Of a stretch of 64,000 nt of DNA, positions 1 to 13,159 are shown one piece after another. The number at the start of each line of letters is the position of its first letter. Position 1 is the stretch's first letter. The notes below the pieces were generated by a model, which was not told the origin of the DNA, did no database searches, and saw nothing but the letters and a program-made list of their open reading frames with translations. Origin of the DNA: Octopus sinensis (taxonomy: Eukaryota); NCBI RefSeq assembly GCF_006345805.1, contig NC_043000.1, positions 143,530,001-143,594,000 of the forward strand, read 5' to 3'. The position numbers and the translations under genes are program-made.

Positions 1-1954
1 TCCGCATAAGCCGACACGAACCCTCCGCGATTTAGTTCACGCTAGATGCCCCTCAAAATATCTAGCTTCCGCAGTAATGGCACGAGACAGAGCACATATA
101 GAAGGGGTGAGAGTGAACGTCCTCGACAGACCAAAAATGCAATTGGCGGCCATTTACTTTGACTTTAGAGTGCAACTATTAAATTAGAATTATGAAATTA
201 TGTACGGGAGACTACACTCTATGATATGAAGACGGATAAAACCCCAGAAAATCCAGCATAGAAAATCTAAATCTCAAAACAGAACACGATAATTTTTGAG
301 ATGACACTAGAGCGCACAGAAGTCTAAGAAGTTCAAATTCAGCTGAACTGAAAATGTTGGCCACTTAGTATATAGCAGCAGTAACCGCACGTACATTCTA
401 TACATCATGAAAAATGATTAGCAATTCTGAAGATAAAAAAAAGAAGTATGAATGGAAACGAAGCTATTTTTGCTTTTATTTGAAGGATATTCGAAAGAAT
501 CCCCTTTTCTGCTTCTTCTGTGAATGATGTACAAATTCTATAAAGGAATGCAATTAAATATCTTTTGTATATTTACGAAATCACCTGTACGCTGCGGCTG
601 GTAATACTATACTAAGTGTTCATATTTAGTTCAGAAATTGGTTTAAAATTCGATTTTAAAAAGCACCTGGATAACCTTGAAGAGAGGTGAGTTAATAAAA
701 GCCGCTAATATGACGCTAAATGAGAAAACAGAGATAAGAGATTTAAATAAAACATATTCACTTAGTTGACGGGGAAAAAACGTGACAGAGTATAAGAAAC
801 ACGTACACAGGAAATAAATTATCCAGAATGAATTGTATAAACGTAAAATATTATTATGTAACACAAAGTTAAAGTAATATATGACAATACTTTCAAACTG
901 TCAGTAATGAGTTTCATTTATAATAAATCTTTAAGTGGACGTTAAACAGCGAAACAAATAAAATAATAGTTGTTCTTCGAATACGTTACCTGAAAAGAAA
1001 CAGAACTATTGTTTGTACCGCAAATGCAGTGGAGAAGGAAATCTTCTACAAATTAGATTATTATTATCTACTTCTCAATTAGGAAAATATTTCATAAAGT
1101 ATAGGGCGAGTCTAATATACCTGGTTACAAAGCATGAAAGAAACATGTTCTTCTTTATGGAAAGCAGCACGCATGAAAGGAGACTTCGGTATAAGAGATT
1201 TCTTAGGAGGATATTTTAAAAGTAGAGAATCTTATAATAAAAATAAAAAATAAAAATATTAGTCTAAAAACTATATAACAAACATTTTATGCTATGGTAT
1301 TTTAAAGAAAATCACCAAGATGCTCGATGCCTAACAAAAGCCTATCAGTTTCATCATGCGACGAGTAGAACACCTGCGTTCTCATTATATAAAGATATAG
1401 TGACAGGAATGATATACGATATTCGGAAGGCGTTTGAAATATAGAATATGAAACAGCACAAACTTTAGAGCATGTCATACAGCTGCTGCTGCAAATGGTA
1501 GTTTAAGATTCTATTAGAAAATATATGAAATAATTCGTAGCATAATGATCATTATGATAAATGGTTAATATAAGGAACATAATATTTTACATCGGTGAAT
1601 GCATATACATTTGCTTTTTTTAATCAAAGAACGTTTTATCAAACAGTATTATATATATATATATACATACATATATATATATATATACTCACACACACAC
1701 ACACATACACTTACATACATACATACATACACACGCACATACACACACACACATATATATATATATGCTTGTGTGTGCGTGTGTGTGTATGTGTGGAATA
1801 ATTGGCTTTAAATCTGGGTCTCATGTTTCTATTATAACGTTGTTTTCCATGTACTTTCAATTACAAATAAACACCACTTAACTAAATTGATCTAATAATA
1901 ATAATAACAACAACAGCAACAATAATAATTAAGGAAACCTTGCTAGTAACAGTT

Positions 1955-2581
1955 AGAAACGAGGTAGTATGGAAAGCAGAGAAAGAGAACAAAAAACAAA
2001 GCAAGAATTACAAAAGGAACATGAAAATGAATTTCACAAGAAGGGACTATACAATCACTTCCATATAACAACAACAGAATTTTCAGGAAAAAATAAGTGA
2101 GATTCGAAGATGCAAGGAACATTAAAAGAGAGACAAAGAGCACTCTACTGGCAGCGCAAGACCGAGCTGTCACCACGAACTAGACATTCAGTCTTAGGAA
2201 TTATCTAGTGTCTACTCTGTGCCGCATCTGCAATAGATTGGATGAAACCATTGCCCATATCATGAATGAATCCCCTAGACTTGCCCATAAGCACAAAAAT
2301 TCTGGCGACACAACCAGGCAGTGAAAGTGCTGCATTGGGAACAGTGCGAAAAGTGGGATCAAGAGAGAGGCAAAATGCGGTACGAGCATAAACTGAGGAG
2401 AGTGGAGAGGTCGGAGACTAGCAAAATCTCCTGGGATTTCGCAATTCAAACAGTTCAGGAGCATAAGAGACCGGACCTAGTGGTGACGGACAAGGTACAC
2501 AACAAATGCTATATAGCCGACGTTGCATGTTCCTTTGAGCCACGAATAGTCAAGAAAGAAGGTGAAAAGATAGACAGATAC
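1955..2581 (+). mobile_element. Decayed R4/Dong-clade non-LTR retrotransposon, C-terminal zinc knuckle plus restriction-like endonuclease region
   Basis: Frameshifted translation reads GTLKRETKSTLLAAQD...CRICNRLDETIAHI...RHNQAVKVLHW...KISWDFAIQT...RPDLVV...CYIADVA...KEGEKIDRY, matching the CCHC knuckle and RHN/PD..D RLE motifs of R4/Dong elements. (TAA)n-type tracts lie on both sides. Confidence 0.85.
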
Positions 2582-2639
2582 TCCTGGAGCTCAACAAAAC
2601 CTTTGATAAAGAGATTTAATAATAATAATAATAATAATA

Positions 2640-2671
<32 letters not shown>

Positions 2672-2683
2672 TAATAATAATAA

Positions 2684-2980
2684 TTGGGTTTTGAATAATT
2701 CACCTCTGGAAACGTGGGTGTTTCGTTCAACATCTTTGAACAACCCTTATTCACGGACTTTTTGAGCGGGATGGGTTACTCGACTAGAAGAAAATTCTAA
2801 CTGGGCCCCACCTGCAAGGGTGCTGTTTATCATGATATGAGATCACCATGTCGCGCACATATAGTTGTGATGTATGTGCCTGGTGTACACTTATCAGACG
2901 GGTAGCCATGATGGGTATATTGGGCTTCGTATATTTTACCCATGTGTCACTTTGATGGCATGCACTGCTCTCTCACTCAA
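2684..2980 (+). mobile_element. Non-coding repeat ending in a (TAA)n tail; same family as 29876-30330
   Basis: Reverse-complement similarity to 29876-30095 (cacctctggaa..tgggtgttt, gaagaaaattctaactggg, gatcaccatgtc, tgcctggtgtac). Sits between (TAA)n tracts at 2618-2682 and 2980-3005. Confidence 0.8.
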
Positions 2981-3254
2981 TAATAATAATAATAATAATA
3001 ATAATATATAAATTAGAAAATACTTTAGTGGGGGAACACACGTGGTTGTAAATGTACAGAAAGAGAAAAGATGAAAAAACACAGATTTGTTTTACAGGGT
3101 TAAAGAATATATTAGAGGTATAATAATAAAGATATATAATTCTGTTCAAAATAAGATTTTGCTTTTACAATATAATTAAAGAACCAGTTTCGCATTACTC
3201 ATCAAGCTAACAGTCGAGGAATAGACATATTGCTAGGTGAGATATATATATATG

Positions 3255-3338
<84 letters not shown>

Positions 3339-3364
3339 TGTATGTATGTGCGCGCGCACATGTG

Positions 3365-4343
3365 TATAAGGAAAATAAGACAAGGTTAAAAATGTTAAAA
3401 TAATTTTAATATGAAATACATTTTGTAACAGTTAGTATCGGTTTCAGTCTTTTTCGACTTTTTCAACTGAGAGTAAAATAAAGGCAGATATTAATTAAGA
3501 AGAAAAACAATTAAATTGAAAAAAAAATAAATGTGATATTTTGTAAATATTTCCATAGTCTTCAAACAGGCAGGATATTTTCCCTTGCGAATGATCGGTA
3601 GGTAGTAGCAGATCTGAAAAATATAGTGTTTATGGATGCAGAGAAATGTTTGGTTTTGAATGTTTGATTGTTTGAACAGTAGAAACTAAGAAGGCGACGA
3701 GGGAGATGAAAAAGAAGAAGAAGAAGAAGAAGAAGAAGAAGAAGGAGAAGAAGAAGAAGAAGAAGAAGAAGACGAAGATTAAGAAGAAGAAAAAGAAGAA
3801 AAAGAAGATGATGATGATGATGAGGAGGAGGAGGAGGAAGAAAGAGAAGGAGATGGGAGTGGTGTGACCTAGTTGTTAAGGCTGTCCGTGGAATCTACTC
3901 TAGTGACCAAGTGACCTAAATGTGACCTCTTGTGGTTTTAGCTGTAGTGGTAGGAACTGTTCTATATAAAATTTTGGGTAGCGATTATTCTTAATACATC
4001 TATGGTGTTTAATATATGCGTGGGTATTATTCTAATATCCTTGTAGTAGCGTCATCTGTGGTGGAAGCATTCAAAAGAGGTTTATATTTTGCGTTAAAAT
4101 ATGATTCTTTGCTAATGCGCTGATTATAGGTTGCATTGACAATATATTTATAGAAGGGAAAAATTCTAAAGTTGTGTTGTTCATTAGTGGCGCAAATATC
4201 AATGGAACCATCACACTTCAGAACCAAATATTTCTCTGCACCCATAAATACTATTTTTTCAGATCTGCTACTACATATCAAGCCTACAGAAAGGAAAAGA
4301 GAGAGTGAGAGAGAAAGACAGACGGAGAACGACAGACAGACAG

Positions 4344-4415
<72 letters not shown>

Positions 4416-4646
4416 GTGACAGAAAATGGAAAATGTCGTACCTATTTGAAAAGTATGAAATATCTACAAAATATTTCATTTAATTTTTTTCTTCAATTTA
4501 ATTAATTTTCGTCTTCATTAATATCCACCTTTGTTTTACTCTTGGTTGAAAAAGTCGAGAAGGCTGAGACCGGTATTAACCGTTGCAATATGTATTTCAT
4601 GGTAAAATTATTTTAGCATTTTCTACCTTGTCTTATTTTCCTTATA
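3365..4646 (-). mobile_element. 5'-truncated Penelope-like element: GIY-YIG C-terminus plus 3' pseudo-LTR and an inverted pseudo-LTR copy
   Basis: Minus translation near 4060-4205 gives IDICATNEQHNFRIFPFYK...RISKESYFNAKYKPLLN, a Penelope GIY-YIG C-terminal pattern. 3365-3663 and 4213-4646 are diverged inverted repeats, the right arm interrupted by (GA)n. Confidence 0.8.
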
Positions 4647-5371
4647 TATATTAACTTGTCTGTTACTTTTCAACCTTCAATATGTGTGTGCATGTGTATG
4701 TGTGTGTATGTGTGTGTGTGTGTGTGTGTGTATGTGTGTGTGTGTGTGTGTATGTGTGTGTGTGTGTGTGTGTGAGCGTGTGTGAATACGTTTATGAATT
4801 TGTTTCGCAAGATTCCTGATATAAAATTAACAGACATTACATTTCAGGAAGGTCATATTTTTCTGATTGGCAATTAAACACACGTGTTTAGTCCATGATC
4901 TTTGAATATATTCAGGTCGCTTATAAATGGGAGAAGAGATGAAGGCCGTTAACACAAACATAAACACCTGAATGTACTATGAATGATAGAGGAAAAGACG
5001 GTCCTTAGCACAGACCTGGAAACGTAAGTGTTCTAAACAGAACAAGAGGAAGCATGTCGATGAAAGATTCACAAAAGTAGTCACAGATGTGTGACGAAAG
5101 ATTTCAAGACAATGATCATAAGATATATTAAAAACAAAGGACTAAAGAACGCAGTTCTGTATTTAAATAATGGACTGAAGAACGAATATATAGTGAGTGT
5201 GTCTAAATGGCAGGAGCGAAAATGAGCATCTCCAAATATAGTTTTTGTTTGATAATTATAGCATATTTAATTATATTTTTGATTATATATACCTCTTACT
5301 CAATAAGAGAATGCAGTACCCATAATCTTTTAATATAAGCAGGTCGTTTACAAATGGTGGAAAAAGGAGTG

Positions 5372-5604
5372 CCTATTTCTTTACTACTCACAAGGGGCTA
5401 AACATAGAGTGGACAAACAAGGACAGACAAAAGGAATAAGTCGATTATATCGACCCTAGTGCGTAACTGGTACTTAATTTATCGACCCCGAAAGGATGAA
5501 AGGGAAAGTCGACCTCGGCGGAATTTGAACTCAGAACGTAACAATAGACGAAATACGGCTACGCATTTCGTCCGGCGTGCTAACGTTTCTGCCAGCTCGC
5601 CGTC
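5372..5604 (-). mobile_element. tRNA-derived SINE family A (Meta-type core), full length
   Basis: On minus: head with A/B-box-like tggcagaaacgttag and gagttcaaattcc, core ccttttcatcctttcggggtcgataaattaagtaccag-like, tail taaagaaatagg. Multiple near-identical copies in the window. Confidence 0.9.
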
Positions 5605-6464
5605 AACACGAACCTAGAGACCTGGACCGGACGCTTGAAACTGAACGAATTATACGAAAGATATCTAAGGGCTACTTAGTACTTATGAACATATTCACAG
5701 ACTATTTGTCACCGAAGCAAAGAATGGGTAAAATAAATACTGTTAAATGGGCGCTTTAACAATTCAGCGAAACTATCATGTTCTTAATTTCCAAATGTAT
5801 AAAACCTAAATTTGAACTCAGTGCCCAAAGACAAATATCGTTAACGTTCTGAAACTCTTACAAATTAATGTAGTAATATACTAAACAAATGGAACTTCTA
5901 CTTTGAAGTTTAATTTTGGGTCATTCAGTATTATCTTTCTATCGCATTTATATTTCGTGTGTATACATCTATATTCATTGTGTTGGTGAAAATATTACAT
6001 CTAGTGGGCACTGCGACATGTCTTTATTAAGTTGTATATACAAATATATATTAATTTATTTTATCAATTATTTTAATGCCCACTCTAGACCTGAACACAT
6101 ACAAAAACATGTAATTTCAATCTAAAGTGTATGATAAATTAAATACTTGTATAATTGATGTAATTTGAAATTATATAATTAGGTTGACATATCTGCATTA
6201 GCATTATGTTAAAACAGCCCATGAGTCTTTATTTTTTCGGAATGAAACCGAAACAAGGAGCTTAAAACGACAAGACATCTTATCAAAAAATAAGTTTTCA
6301 ATCTGGTCTTGCCTTTAATACATAATACTCTTACATCTCTTACTTGTTTCAGTCGTTAGAATGCTATCCTGCTGTGACACTGCCTTGTAATTTTAGTCGA
6401 ATAAATTGACCCCAGTACTTCTGTGATTAAGTACTTAATTCATCCTTAGTCGAAAGACACCAGT

Positions 6465-7072
6465 CATTTGTATCTATAATTGCGAACCTTTTTCTCCGTT
6501 GTTTTCGTCCTTGTTTTCGTAAACATTCGCTTGCTTTCTTCTAAAGAATCTAGTTCTCTCAGATTACATTTTCTTGGAGCCGGCCAGACTGCAGCAGTCT
6601 CGGGTGTAACCAACCGAAACTGCAACGACGATCTGGAACTCGACTGACGATAGGAAGCTCCTGAATGACCCGCCCTTGATTTTTCCTGTCCTTTTTTGTA
6701 TCGTCTAACTGTCCGTATGTTTTGTTGTCTCCTGTTACGTCCTTGTTCCATTTTCGTTTTGTTATATATATATAGTGTAATAAATAAAATATATGCATAC
6801 ATACACCTTCGAAACACGCTGGAGTTGAACTAGGGACGGCTGATGAAGGGGATTTTTCCTTGTATAGTTGTCTTGTACTCTGTATTTTCGTTGTTAAAGG
6901 AATGGTCCGTACCATGCTGTTTTTACGTTTTCGTTTCTCGTTGAGTTCTACGTCTGTTTGTGGTGTCCTGTACACACGTATATATATTTATATATGCATG
7001 TATATATACATGTAGATGTAGGTATGTACATATATGTTTGTATGTATGCATATATTTTATTTATTACACTAT
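6465..7072. mobile_element. Probable Penelope-derived pseudo-LTR fragments with hammerhead-like cores and a short inverted repeat
   Basis: GAAAC..CTGACGA (6616-6650) and GAAAC..CTGATGA (6811-6846). atagtgtaataaataaaatatatgcatacatac (~6772-6804) is inverted at ~7040-7072. Confidence 0.45.
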
Positions 7073-7148
7073 TGTATGACTGAGCGCCTTCGCGTCGATT
7101 CGATTCGATTCGTTTGGTTTCGTTTCGTTTCTTCTTCTTCTCTAAGCT

Positions 7149-7208
<60 letters not shown>

Positions 7209-7947
7209 ATATATATTGTGTGTGTGTGTGTGTGTCTACGTGCGTATGTGTACGGCAGCTGGCTGTATTCATGTGTGCATATGTATACACTCACATATGG
7301 TGTGTTATAAATCAAGTGTTATTCAATTGAGTGAGATATGCAAACAAAATATTTCGATAAATTAAACCTCTCTCTCACTTGGAGTAAAATACATAAATTA
7401 GTAAAGAAATATATAAGGAAATCAACAGCTGCGTAAAATATAGCAATATTGGTTACGACGAAATGATTAGAGTAAAAGCCATCATATAATGATTTCTCTT
7501 GTATTCTAATCAAAACATTATCGAACATATACATACAAGACTAACGTATAAATATGTGTCACTGACAACACCCAATGAGTCAAAAATAAACCTGATGAAA
7601 TGTGAAGATAAAAGTATTATCATCTGTGACCAATTAGCTAGAACTGCATAACAGCATTGCCAGAACAGTAAATGTAAATCGTTGATGGTAGTTTGTGAAC
7701 ATCAAAGGCATTATATATAGCTATTATAGGACTACAAATATAGAGGTAACCTCCAAATTAGCAATATAAATATGGCGCTGAAAGTAAAGGTAGACGGTTG
7801 AAAGTGACAGGTTTATATTTTATGTATAATATGTTATGACTTCATATAGGTAAAGTGATACTAATAGCCTGTTTTTAGAACCAATTCACATCAGCATTAG
7901 AATAAAAGCGTTAGGAGAGTACAAAGCGAAATATGAAATTAAATATA

Positions 7948-8355
7948 GGCGTAGGAGTGACTGTGTGGTAAGTAACTTATTTACAAACCATATGGTTCCG
8001 GGTTCAGTCCCACTGCGTGGCACCTTGGGCAAGTGTCTTCTATTATAGCCTCGGGCCAACCAAAGCCTTGTGAGTGGTTTTGGTAGACGGAAATTAAAAG
8101 AAGCCCGTCGCATATATGTATATATATATGTATGTGTGTATGTGTTTGTTTGTGTGTTTGTCGCCCAACATCGCTTGACAACCGATGCTGGTGTGGTTAC
8201 GTCTCCGTAACCTTGCGATTCGGCAAAAACAACCGATAAAATAAGTACTGGGCTTACAAAGAATAAGTCCTGGGCTCGATTTGCTCGACTAAAAAAGGTG
8301 GTGCTCCAGCATGGCTACAATCAAATGACTGAAACAAGTAAAAGAGTAAAAGAGT
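7948..8355 (+). mobile_element. tRNA-derived SINE family B with internal (TA)/(TG) microsatellite
   Basis: Head ggcgtaggagtgactgtgtggtaag..ggttcagtccc, CORE/V-like accttgggcaagtgtctt, tail tgactgaaacaagtaaaagagtaaaagag. Matches copies at 13160, 43880 and 55366. Confidence 0.9.
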
Positions 8356-9263
8356 AAATGTTCAAGAGGACAAGAATTACGCTGTGAACTTCTTTGGTTT
8401 ATGAATTTTTTCTGCTATGAATTGCAGTATACTCAGACATGAGTGCTTGTGCATTACCTCATATTTTACTGGAAACCTCCAAAGCTTTATATTTTCCTCG
8501 TTGCATTTCATACCATCAATTTATACCTCCGTCTCCCCCTCTCTATCGCATTTACATACAAGAGCATGTGCAATGAGAATGTTTTACATTTGCATAAAAC
8601 TAATGAATTTTACCATAAATAAATTGGTAAAATATGGATAGATGCATTTCCTCTATAATAAGACATAGGAATAAGACACTGAGGTATATAGGATAAAACC
8701 TAATTTGTTTATCTCGAACTATAAAATAACCGTTATGAAAAATACATATATTTTGTACAATTTTGCAAACTTTAGAAGGGGTGGATCAATCTAAATGAAT
8801 TATTCTTGGTTTTCGTTACTTGCTTTGTTGAAACAAAAAGCAGGGCACTCATAGTACACCGGGGTTCAGTTTTGTCTATATACTGAAGGCATATAGACAA
8901 AACGAATTACTCAAAAGTATTATGTCTGACAGATTGTCCTTTTATACGCTCCACTACATTGGTAAATAAAAACTAAGAACACAAAAATTAATCAACAAAT
9001 TACAAGAGAACTCATAGTAATTTCATTAGTTTACTAATTAATTAATTCATATAGAGATTGTTTCCTTTCATACCACACTAAAAGTATATAATTTTCTAAA
9101 GCCATTAAAATCAATTAGATTAATTTGCTTACATGCTGCTTCTGTTTAAATAATGTTATTGGTGCAAGACTATGAATACACTACATGTTTTCCATCAAAC
9201 AATGGTTTGTTTTTAGTTAATTATGTACGTAAGTGGGAGAGAGAACGAGAAAGACAGAGCATG

Positions 9264-9339
9264 TCTATCTATCAGTCTGTCAACCTGCCTGTCTGTCTGT
9301 CTGTCTGTCTGTCTCTCTATCTGTCTGTTTGTCTGTCTG

Positions 9340-9376
<37 letters not shown>

Positions 9377-9480
9377 ATATCTATCTATCTGTTTGTCTGT
9401 CTCTCTGTGTCTGTGTGTCTGTCAGTCTCTCTCTCTCTCTATCTATATATCTGTCTGTCTGTCTGTTTATCTATTTATCT
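9264..9480. repeat. Compound (CTGT)n/(CTAT)n microsatellite
   Basis: Direct inspection. Confidence 0.9.
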
Positions 9481-10306
9481 GCTTGTATACTTATCAATCT
9501 CTATGTGTATATATACATATATTGATAGAGGCATATACATTTATACACATATACACACCAATACGTGTTTTTATAATATTGTCAGTCTCACATTCTCTTA
9601 CAAATATTCACATTCTGTCTTTTATGACATTAATATGAAATAGGTAAGTGACCATCGTTGAGGGTTAATAAACTGATAGATGGTGAAGAAGGAAAATTTT
9701 ATTAAATGACAAATGTTCAAAAGCAAAGCTATCCATTTAAAATGAAATGTACTGCTAGAAAAGATTTGTCTTCTCTTTATAGCATAGAACGTGGCCATAT
9801 ATTCCCCATGCAACGACATGACTGTAGGTTTCCGTAGTATATTTCCCGTGATCAATGGCACACATAGAAAGAATGACAAACGAATTTATGTGTTTTTATT
9901 CCCGTATAAATCCATTTTGGAGGGCATCATGACAGAAGAAGCTATGTCGGAAAAGTAAAATTAAACACCAGAAAAATATAAGATAGATTCCGAAATACTT
10001 GTAGATTCTACCTAAATCCTGCATGCTAGCATGGAAAAATACGTATAAACTGCCGATTTCACATTCGTGCGCCTAATTCAATATTGTAAATATTATTCTT
10101 TAAGCCTAGAGGGGTTTGAATAAATATATCTGAAGTAGCCATAGAACGACAGCGATAAAGAAATAGAACCATATAAGGAAGATATATTATGCATTTCAAC
10201 AGTCCATCAAAATACAATTTGAAAATATACTGCGGACGGCAGAAGCCAGGGAACAATTGTTTTCAAATATGCATAGAAAGTAGTACAGCATTTAACATGG
10301 ACGTAA

Positions 10307-10721
10307 GGCGGTGAGCTGGCAGAATTGTTAGCACGCCGGGTGAAATGCCTAGCGGTATTTCGTCTGCCGTTACGTTCTGAGTTCAAATTCCGCCGAGGTC
10401 GAATTTGCCTTTCATCCTTTCGGGGTCGATAAATTAAGTACCAGTTACGCACTGGGGTCGATATAATCGACATAATCCGTTTGTCTGTCCTTGTTTGTCC
10501 TCTCTGTGTTTAGCCCCTTGTGGGTAGTAAAGAAATAGGTATTTCGCCTGCCACTACGTTCTGAGTTCAAATTCCACCGAGGTCAACTTTCCCTTTCATC
10601 CTTTCGGAGTCGATTAAATAAGTACCACTTACGCACTGGGGTCAATATAATCGACTTAATCTGTTTCTCTTCCTTTGTTTGTCCCCTCTGTGTGTAGCCC
10701 CTTGTGGGCAGTAAAGAAATA
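10307..10721 (+). mobile_element. SINE family A dimer (full unit plus 5'-truncated second unit) with TSD
   Basis: Unit 1 is 10307-10540 and unit 2 starts atttcgcctgccactacgttctgag. Flanks agcatttaacatgga (10287-10301) and agcatttaacctgga (10722-10736) match at 14/15. Confidence 0.9.
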
Positions 10722-11332
10722 AGCATTTAACCTGGAAAACAAAACTAGAAAACCAATACCTCGTACATTTATATGAAGCCTACCAACGATCATTGACAAA
10801 AGTGGTTACCATTGACATTGAGCCAACATCACAGCCCATCTGCGGTCGGACATACAACAACCGAATGGTCATTTCATGTGCGCACGTACAATATGCATGG
10901 CAAATGCAGCAACGCAGTTATCAATGAAATGTAACTGATGTAGAAACATGCCAAAGTTTACTCTGATTCGGAATTATAGTAAGCAGTCATGCTGGGGTCA
11001 CCATGTATATTCGGGCGTATATCACTTCCTGAATTATACCGCTGTAATTAAGTGAATTGCGATACACAAATGGCAATGTAAAGAAGATTGATGTTATACG
11101 AATAAGGTTTTGTCCACCCAGTGCCTCAAATGATGATGGTAAATTTCGGAAGATTCTCAGGAATACAAATGAGATATTGATAATATATGAACAAAATATC
11201 CGTGGCTAGATTTTTGTTTTCTTATTCCAATTCACAAGTTATTACAAGTTTTTGAGAATTCTTTATATCTGACCGATAACCGTAATCCAATGCATCATTA
11301 AATCTTTGACATATTGATTTATGTATATACAT

Positions 11333-11645
<313 letters not shown>

Positions 11646-11730
11646 ATAAATATCAGGGAATAAATCCAAATTTACAGGGAAAAAATCAGATTTCCTTGTT
11701 TATTTTGCAAAATAGTGGTTTTGTCTCTAA

Positions 11731-11772
<42 letters not shown>

Positions 11773-12640
11773 TATACACACATATACATGCATATATATA
11801 TATATACATATATATATATGTATGTATTTATGTACGTATGTATATGTAACGGTAACATCCACGGATCAAGCTGTAGGAAGAAAGTGACCTTCAAGAAGTC
11901 TGTAGAAGATAAATAAAACGACTTTCAGGAGAAAAAGTGGTTTATTGGCGGTGGAGTTAGTAAAGTTTTTCCTGTATCGATTTTCCTCAAGATCGCAGAG
12001 GCAAAATCGACAACAGCAAAGAAGCTTTCGGGCATGCTATTTAGGTTAGGCTTCTGTAGACACAACTGCATATTTTGTTCATTTCAATTATGACGGAATA
12101 AATTATATATGAAACTTTTGCTATTAGTGGTTTTCATCCGTATGTCACTCAACATATTTTATATACCTGTCACTTTCGCGAATGTGTGTGTGTATAAGAT
12201 TACAGTGATGTTTATATCTGATTGTGAAAAATGAATATATTTTATGACGAACGGTAAAATTTATTGACTAACTGCAATGACATTTGCAAACTTTTAATTG
12301 GAAATCAAATTACAATTTCTTGTTTTGAAGGGAAATTAAAGATTAGTCACAGATGACAGATAAATTAAAAGCTTCCTATATTAAAAACATTATAGAACAG
12401 AAGTTGAAGTATTTAAGTTATGTTTACCATTATCTTATTCACCACCATCATCATCACAATCATCATCGTAAAGATGATCATCAACGTAAATATTTCATGC
12501 GTTTCTTCATACTAGTAATGATTGGATGATTTATACGCAATACTTATGAAACCCAGCCCGTTTACCATCGGTAAGTATGTGGTAGCCACATTGAAGCAAT
12601 CAAGGGATACGATTTCCGGAAATCGTGCAATTTCCGGAAA

Positions 12641-12815
12641 GGGGACAAGTCGATTAGGTCGACCCCGATGTCCAAATCGTACTTATTTCATCGACCTCTA
12701 AAAGATGAAACACAAAGTCGAACTCCACGGAGTTGGAAATCTGAACTTTAAAACGGACGAAAGGCCATTAAGTGTTCGCCCGGCGTGCTAATGAAATCAG
12801 TCTGCATGCTGTCTT
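12641..12815 (-). mobile_element. Old diverged SINE family A copy
   Basis: gtacttatttcatcgacctctaaaagatgaaacacaaagtcga...cgcccggcgtgctaa resembles the reverse complement of family A. Confidence 0.7.
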
Positions 12816-13159
12816 AGTACACGAAGAAATATATTGTTACGAATCTAGATTCATAATAAGGAAGTTTAATCTGAGAAAATAACACAAGCAGACGTCCCTT
12901 CCCAACAGGCATATGCAGTGTACTATTTCATGGGATCAACAAAAAAGAATTCCATCCAGTAGTTGATAAATCCATAACGTACCATTTGTTTCAATAATAT
13001 TAGTTTGATGCCACCTCAAAAGTTTTATCTTATATTAATAACTATAATATATCAAATCTGTTATGTTATACAGCTGTTTAAACAACAGGGCACCCATCAT
13101 CTAAAGCTATGACCAAAAGTATTCCAAAAGTATGAAGGAATGCATTTTCCCAATGTATC

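Noticed and set aside
480-1500. Possible RTE RT remnants (minus FVNIQKIFNCIP; plus KYRASLI)
   Set aside because: Too decayed and in conflicting orientations to call.
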